DNA from: an uncultured Clostridia bacterium
GTDB lineage: Bacteria; Bacillota; Clostridia; Oscillospirales; CAG-272
Assembly: GCA_944392615.1 (NCBI GenBank)
Contig: CALXXF010000006.1
Coordinates: 4,204-68,203, forward strand
DNA length: 64,000 nucleotides
Direction: 5' to 3'
A model generated the notes under the pieces. The model was not told the origin of the DNA and ran no database searches. It worked only from the letters and a program-made list of their open reading frames with translations. The position numbers were made by a program, and so were the translations under genes. The number at the start of each line of letters is the position of its first letter. Within the stretch, counting starts at the first letter, position 1. Positions 59,548 through 64,000 of this stretch are shown piece by piece.

Positions 59548-59570
59548 ATACCTATACCCCGTATAGGTAT
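59548..59570. promoter_or_regulatory. CsoR-type operator candidate
   Basis: Perfect palindrome ATACCTATAC-CCC-GTATAGGTAT, with TACC...CCCC...GGTA architecture like described CsoR boxes. It lies 5 nt downstream of the copA -10. Confidence 0.6.
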
Positions 59571-59574
59571 TCTA

Positions 59575-59603
59575 ATTATATCAGCTTTTCACGAGAATTT
59601 CAA
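59575..59603 (-). promoter_or_regulatory. sigma-A promoter of copA-csoR
   Basis: On the minus strand: TTGAAA (59598-59603), 17 nt, TATAAT (59575-59580). This leaves a ~200-nt leader to the GTG start. Confidence 0.65.
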
Positions 59604-59824
59604 GTAGGTATAAAAAATTTCATTTTATTTCCTGCATATGCGAAATCAACCTTTTATGCATAATTTTGACTTATTCAATCGTTCGTTCTGCAGAATTTTT
59701 ATCAGCAATACAATAATTGATCTCCATTTTTGTTTTTCATGGTTGCGAATCATAAAATAACATACCTGTCAAAACGACATCCCTGCCGACGTCTGTTTTC
59801 ACAGGGAAAATTTTTGCAAAGCTA

Positions 59825-59853
59825 TTGACAAATCGGAAATAAAATACTATAAT
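59825..59853 (+). promoter_or_regulatory. sigma-A promoter of the HMA/P-type ATPase pair
   Basis: TTGACA (59825-59830), 17 nt, TATAAT (59848-59853). An imperfect inverted repeat AATGAA-N6-TTCAT(A)T follows at ~59863-59886. Confidence 0.7.
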
Positions 59854-59945
59854 GGATGCATCAAATGAATGATTGTTCATATGTTCAAAAATAATTTTGC
59901 ATAATTGCCAGCAAATAATCAAATGAAAGGAATCGTGGGACCGAT

Positions 59946-60164
59946 ATGAAAAAGACCGTAAGACTTCTGGAGCTTGACTGTGCTCACTGTGCAGCCGAGA
60001 TAGAGCGTGCCGTGCGTGGTATAAAGGGAATTGATTCAGCATCCGTAAATTTTTTTGCAAGACGCATGACTATTGACACATCCGAATCTGATTTCGAGAG
60101 GCTTTTTGACACGATAGTAAAGACTGTACACAAAATAGAACCGGATGTCAGGGTTTGCCTGTGA
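59946..60164 (+). CDS. stand-alone heavy-metal-associated (HMA) domain protein
   Basis: 72 aa; VRLLELDCAHCAAEIERAVRGIKGIDSASVNFFARRMTID...IEPDVRV resembles the N-terminal metal-binding domain of Cd/Zn-type P1B ATPases. Confidence 0.75.
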   Translation: MKKTVRLLELDCAHCAAEIERAVRGIKGIDSASVNFFARRMTIDTSESDFERLFDTIVKTVHKIEPDVRVCL

Positions 60165-60204
60165 TGACCGAAACGAACTTTTTATTTATTCGAGGAGAAA
60201 ACAG

Positions 60205-62151
60205 ATGACGTCAAGACAAAAAATTCTGATTTCGCGGATGATCATATCGGCGTTTTTTTTCGTGCTTGGACTGACGCTTCCGGTTGAAGAGCATGTCCGC
60301 GCGCTTTTTTACTTTGTCGCCTGCGCGGTATCAGGATACGACATTTTTTTATCGGCAGTGTCAAACATATTCAGAGGGCGCCTTTTGGATGAAAGATTTC
60401 TGATGAGCGCGGCGACTATCGGGGCATTTGTACTCGGAGAATTCGGCGAGGGAGCCGCTGTGATGCTGTTTTATCAGATCGGCGAATGGTTCCAGTCTTT
60501 TGCCACAGAGCGTTCAAGAAAATCCATAAGCGCGCTTATGGACATAAGTCCGGAATACGCCAATATAGAAAAGGACGGAGAAATTATAAAAGTTCCTCCG
60601 GAAGACCTTCACCCCGGAGAAATATTCATTGTAAAGGCAGGTGAAAAGGTTCCGCTTGACGGAACGGTTGTACATGGCTCCTCCCTTCTCGACACCTCGG
60701 CACTTACAGGTGAGTCTGTTCCCCGCGAATGCTCCGAAGGCACCTGTGTATTCAGCGGGTGTGTGAATCTTAACGGAGTCATAAAGGTGCGTGCAGACAA
60801 AGAATACAGCGATTCCACCGTTTCGCGCATACTTGACCTTGTAGAAAATGCTTCTGAAAAAAAGGCTAAAACCGAAAGATTTGTCACAAGGTTTGCAAGA
60901 TACTATACTCCGGTAATCGTTATAGCTTCTGTCTTGATAGCACTTTTGCCGCCTGTTCTGCTGTTTCTGTTCGGACGCGCTTCAGGCACAGCGGCTGTTC
61001 TCACGGCATCGGATTTTTCACCGTGGGTCTACCGTGCACTTACATTTCTTGTTATTTCCTGCCCTTGCGCTCTTGTATTGTCTGTGCCTCTTTCCTTTTT
61101 CGGAGGAATTGGCGGTTCGTCAGGATGCGGGATACTCATTAAAGGAAGCGGTTGTCTTGAAGCCCTGGCAAAGGCAGACACGGTTGTTTTTGATAAAACA
61201 GGAACCCTGACAAAAGGAAAGCTTCGTGTCTCAGGAGTGTATCCTTCTTCAGACGACAAAACAGATATTCTTATGGTAGCAGCGCATGCGGAGGCATATT
61301 CCGACCATCCTATTTCATCGGCAATAAAGGAAGCCTACGGAGCAGCGATCTCTCCTGAAAGGATAAGCGGAGCCGTAGAGACAGCCGGCTTCGGAATAAG
61401 CGCTCTTTTCGACGGAAAAAAAGTGTTTGTAGGCAATTCTGCCCTTATGCGCGCAAACGGCATAACTCCAACCGAAGACACTCCCGCGGCAAGCTGCGTA
61501 CATGTGGCGGTTGATGGTAAGTACGCAGGTTTTATCAGCGTAGAGGATGAAATAAGAAGCGAAGCGCGCGTAGCGGTTGATGAACTCAGAAAAATGGGCA
61601 TAGGAAAAACCGTTCTTCTCACCGGAGACAGTGAGGGCAGCGGTAAAAAAACCGGAAATGCCCTCGGAATAGACGAAATATACACAGAGCTTCTTCCCGA
61701 CGGAAAGGTTGAAAAGCTTGAGGCTCTTCTCAAAAAAGAAAAAGATTCAGGAACGCTTGTCTATGTAGGGGACGGAATAAATGACGCACCCGTTCTTGCG
61801 CGCGCCGATGTGGGGATTGCGATGGGCGCACTCGGCTCAGATGCCGCGATAGAGGCGGCTGACGCAGTGCTCATGGCTGACAACATTGCCCTTGTTCCGG
61901 TGGCTTTGAAAATCGCCAGAAAAACCGTCGGCATAGCCAGGCAAAACATAATTTTTTCTTTAGCCGTGAAATGCGCAGTACTTTTGCTGGGCATATTCGG
62001 ATACGTCTCGATGTGGGCGGCGGTTTTTGCCGACGTCGGCGTATCAGTAATAGCTGTAATGAATGCAATGCGTGCCATGAGGGTCAAGAAACTCATTCTC
62101 AGTGTGAACGACTCATATTCAGCCGTACAGACGACACCTGAGAAGCAGTAA
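60205..62151 (+). CDS. heavy-metal (Cd/Zn/Co-type) P1B ATPase lacking its own N-terminal HMA domain
   Basis: CPCALVLSVP, DKTGTLT, SDHPIS and GDGINDAP. The start is set at the ATG at 60205 (GAGGAG 7 nt upstream), in a different frame from the HMA ORF. Confidence 0.85.
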   Translation: MTSRQKILISRMIISAFFFVLGLTLPVEEHVRALFYFVACAVSGYDIFLSAVSNIFRGRLLDERFLMSAATIGAFVLGEFGEGAAVMLFYQIGEWFQSFATERSRKSISALMDISPEYANIEKDGEIIKVPPEDLHPGEIFIVKAGEKVPLDGTVVHGSSLLDTSALTGESVPRECSEGTCVFSGCVNLNGVIKVRADKEYSDSTVSRILDLVENASEKKAKTERFVTRFARYYTPVIVIASVLIALLPPVLLFLFGRASGTAAVLTASDFSPWVYRALTFLVISCPCALVLSVPLSFFGGIGGSSGCGILIKGSGCLEALAKADTVVFDKTGTLTKGKLRVSGVYPSSDDKTDILMVAAHAEAYSDHPISSAIKEAYGAAISPERISGAVETAGFGISALFDGKKVFVGNSALMRANGITPTEDTPAASCVHVAVDGKYAGFISVEDEIRSEARVAVDELRKMGIGKTVLLTGDSEGSGKKTGNALGIDEIYTELLPDGKVEKLEALLKKEKDSGTLVYVGDGINDAPVLARADVGIAMGALGSDAAIEAADAVLMADNIALVPVALKIARKTVGIARQNIIFSLAVKCAVLLLGIFGYVSMWAAVFADVGVSVIAVMNAMRAMRVKKLILSVNDSYSAVQTTPEKQ

Positions 62152-62293
62152 AAGCTTTGCAGCCCCTTCAAGCCGTGAAAGCAATGATGAAATTTATAAA
62201 AAACGATAAAGAAAGCGATAAAAACTGCCGGCAGACCAAAGACATTCATTCTGACAACAACCGGCACCGTGCAATATTTTTTGAGCGAAAAAG

Positions 62294-62320
62294 GACCTCA
62301 GGAAGATTATTCCTGAGGTC
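62294..62320. terminator. 11-bp hairpin between the convergent ATPase and acyl-CoA ligase genes
   Basis: GACCTCAGGAA-gatta-TTCCTGAGGTC. CTTTTTCG follows on the minus strand and ATTTGAT on the plus strand. Confidence 0.55.
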
Positions 62321-62536
62321 ATTTGATATATAAGGCAACGAAAATCAGTGACGTATGAAGCAGAGAAAATCAGTGACGCCGTCTGCTTTCCGAAAAGGTC
62401 CTTATACACTATGCGGCATCATATAAATCATAGTTCAGATTTTTATCTGCAAATAAAAGTCTGAGAAAAAGAGAGCTGACTTATGCTTCATTTCTGTTAT
62501 ACTGAAAATTTTATTTTAACAGCTTTTATATGCTGC

Positions 62537-64000
62537 TCATCCACCGAGTCTTTTGTAATCGATCTTACCTATTGCTGTACGTGGCAGCTTGTCAAGAAAA
62601 TAATACCTGACAGGGCGGGACCATTTATTCAGCCTGTGAAGGCATATCCCGTCCATGTCACGCCTTGCCTCCTCCGGGTCCGCGCCTGGCTTCAGCACTA
62701 TGTACGCCTCTGTCACATTTCCCTTTCTGTCGTCAGGAACTGCCTTTACCGCAGCATCCGAGACATAATCAGATATTCTGAGCGCCTCTTCCACCTGAGA
62801 CGGGAAAACGTTGACTCCCGATACTTTAGTCATGCGTTTTACGCGATCACAAAAGTAAAGATACCCGTCCTTGTCCTTTTTGCCGATGTCTCCGGTTTTG
62901 AGATATCGCTTGCCGCCCGTCTCAAAAAATACCGGCTGTGCTGAAGGGATATCGTCGTAATATGATATCATAAGAGAAGGTGAGGACAGACATATCTCAC
63001 CTGTTTCGCCTGGCTCTGCCTCTTTTCCGTCTTTTAATATCATGACCTCATAGTCTTTTCCTATTGCAGTTCCGACCGAGCCTGGCCGGGAATGTCCCGC
63101 CTTGTTCGTGCAAAAGACGCCCGCAGTCTCCGTGAGCCCGTATCCCTGATAAAGACGGCAGCTTCCGTTGTGCTTTGCAACCATGGCATCAAACGACTCA
63201 CGTGTTTTTTCATCGAGTGCGTCTCCGCCGCAAAAGGCTGCGACGAGCTTTCCGAGGTTACGGCAGTCGAAGGCCTTTTCATTCAAAAGACTCTTGTATA
63301 CAGTAGGCACACCGGCAAGATAGCGTACCCTTCCCTTTTTAATGCAGCGCGCTATCGACGGCGGAGAATATTTCGGAAACAGAACAGCCTCGTATCCGTG
63401 CGACAGAACAAGATGGAACACCACTCCGAGACCAAAGGCATGAAACATCGGAAGAAGCGCAAGCATTCCGGCAACCGGCGGATCCTTTTCGTCCGAGATA
63501 GCATTTATTATGTTGTCTGCCGAACGGTTAAAGGCGTCATCTGACAGAAGCACCGTTTTGGGAAAGCCCTCGGTTCCGCCGCTGTTCATAACAACTGAAG
63601 CATCAGGAAAAAGAACTTTGGGACATCTGGCAGGATCGGAGGAGCGGAAATCTGATGCAGCAAAAAACTTATCAGATGACAAAAAGTCTCTGAGTGTGCA
63701 GCATATACAGGGTCTTGAGCGCAGCTTTCTTGTTCGGCGTATGAGACGGCTTATCATTTTTCTCCTGCCATGTGTGGCTGCCGAATAGAAAAATCCTTCA
63801 AACGCGCTTATATTATCTGAAACCGAGCAGAATATTGCTGAGCAAGGTAGATTGTCGAGCCTGTCATAATACTTTTCAGTTATCTCGTCAAACATAAAAA
63901 CAGCTTTGCTGCCGACCTTCGAAGCGAAATAAGCTATCCTGTCCAAAGGTTCAAGAGGATGAACAAGACACACGGTAATACCGAGTTTGTTTGCGGCATA
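62537..64000 (-). CDS. AMP-dependent synthetase/ligase (acyl-CoA synthetase family); the N-terminus lies beyond the window end
   Basis: NSGGTEGFPKTV (the AMP-binding P-loop-like motif), QGYGLTETAG and KTGDIGKKDKDGYLYFCDRVKRM. The frame stays open to position 64000, and the tracked M at 63973 is an internal GTG. Confidence 0.8.
   Translation of the reverse strand, partial: YAANKLGITVCLVHPLEPLDRIAYFASKVGSKAVFMFDEITEKYYDRLDNLPCSAIFCSVSDNISAFEGFFYSAATHGRRKMISRLIRRTRKLRSRPCICCTLRDFLSSDKFFAASDFRSSDPARCPKVLFPDASVVMNSGGTEGFPKTVLLSDDAFNRSADNIINAISDEKDPPVAGMLALLPMFHAFGLGVVFHLVLSHGYEAVLFPKYSPPSIARCIKKGRVRYLAGVPTVYKSLLNEKAFDCRNLGKLVAAFCGGDALDEKTRESFDAMVAKHNGSCRLYQGYGLTETAGVFCTNKAGHSRPGSVGTAIGKDYEVMILKDGKEAEPGETGEICLSSPSLMISYYDDIPSAQPVFFETGGKRYLKTGDIGKKDKDGYLYFCDRVKRMTKVSGVNVFPSQVEEALRISDYVSDAAVKAVPDDRKGNVTEAYIVLKPGADPEEARRDMDGICLHRLNKWSRPVRYYFLDKLPRTAIGKIDYKRLGG

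Noticed and set aside
62340-62378. 14-bp direct repeat GAAAATCAGTGACG twice (period 25) between the ATPase and the acyl-CoA ligase genes.
   Set aside because: It is an isolated two-copy repeat in a convergent 3' spacer, with no functional context.

Overview
This 64-kb chromosomal window holds about 50 protein genes and one tmRNA; I saw no rRNA, tRNA or CRISPR array. It reads like a spore-forming Firmicutes/Clostridia genome. That is an inference from gene content and order: holB-yaaT-[ferredoxin]-yabB-like methyltransferase-rsmI-...-smpB, serC-serA, pyrC-K-D-F-E-B-I, glyQS, ddl, asnA, a CotH protein and a BclA-like collagen protein. Most of the window is housekeeping. Many intergenic regions carry textbook sigma-A promoters (TTGACA-17-TATAAT) and clean hairpin terminators, so a few orphan signals stand out. 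The accessory or odd parts are: (1) a giant collagen-like (GXY)n exosporium-type gene with a glycosyltransferase next to ssrA; (2) a decayed recombinase remnant and a translationally coupled flavoprotein pair between ssrA and smpB; (3) a solitary 920-aa tail-fibre-like/Kelch-propeller protein divergent from a CotH lipoprotein; (4) a cytoplasmic GH130/GH18 pair; (5) a triplicated promoter-like repeat upstream of ddl; (6) a metal-homeostasis stretch (DtxR-like regulator, ZIP transporter with a ~300-nt leader, copA-csoR with a palindromic operator, and a split HMA/P-type ATPase). I do not recognise a clear multi-gene defence, mobile or biosynthetic system. The best candidates for something undescribed are the orphan tail-fibre/Kelch protein, the collagen-like locus, the long ZIP leader, the orphan consensus promoter at 24.4 kb and the ddl repeat array. 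All product calls rest on motif recognition by eye; no database search or folding calculation was run.
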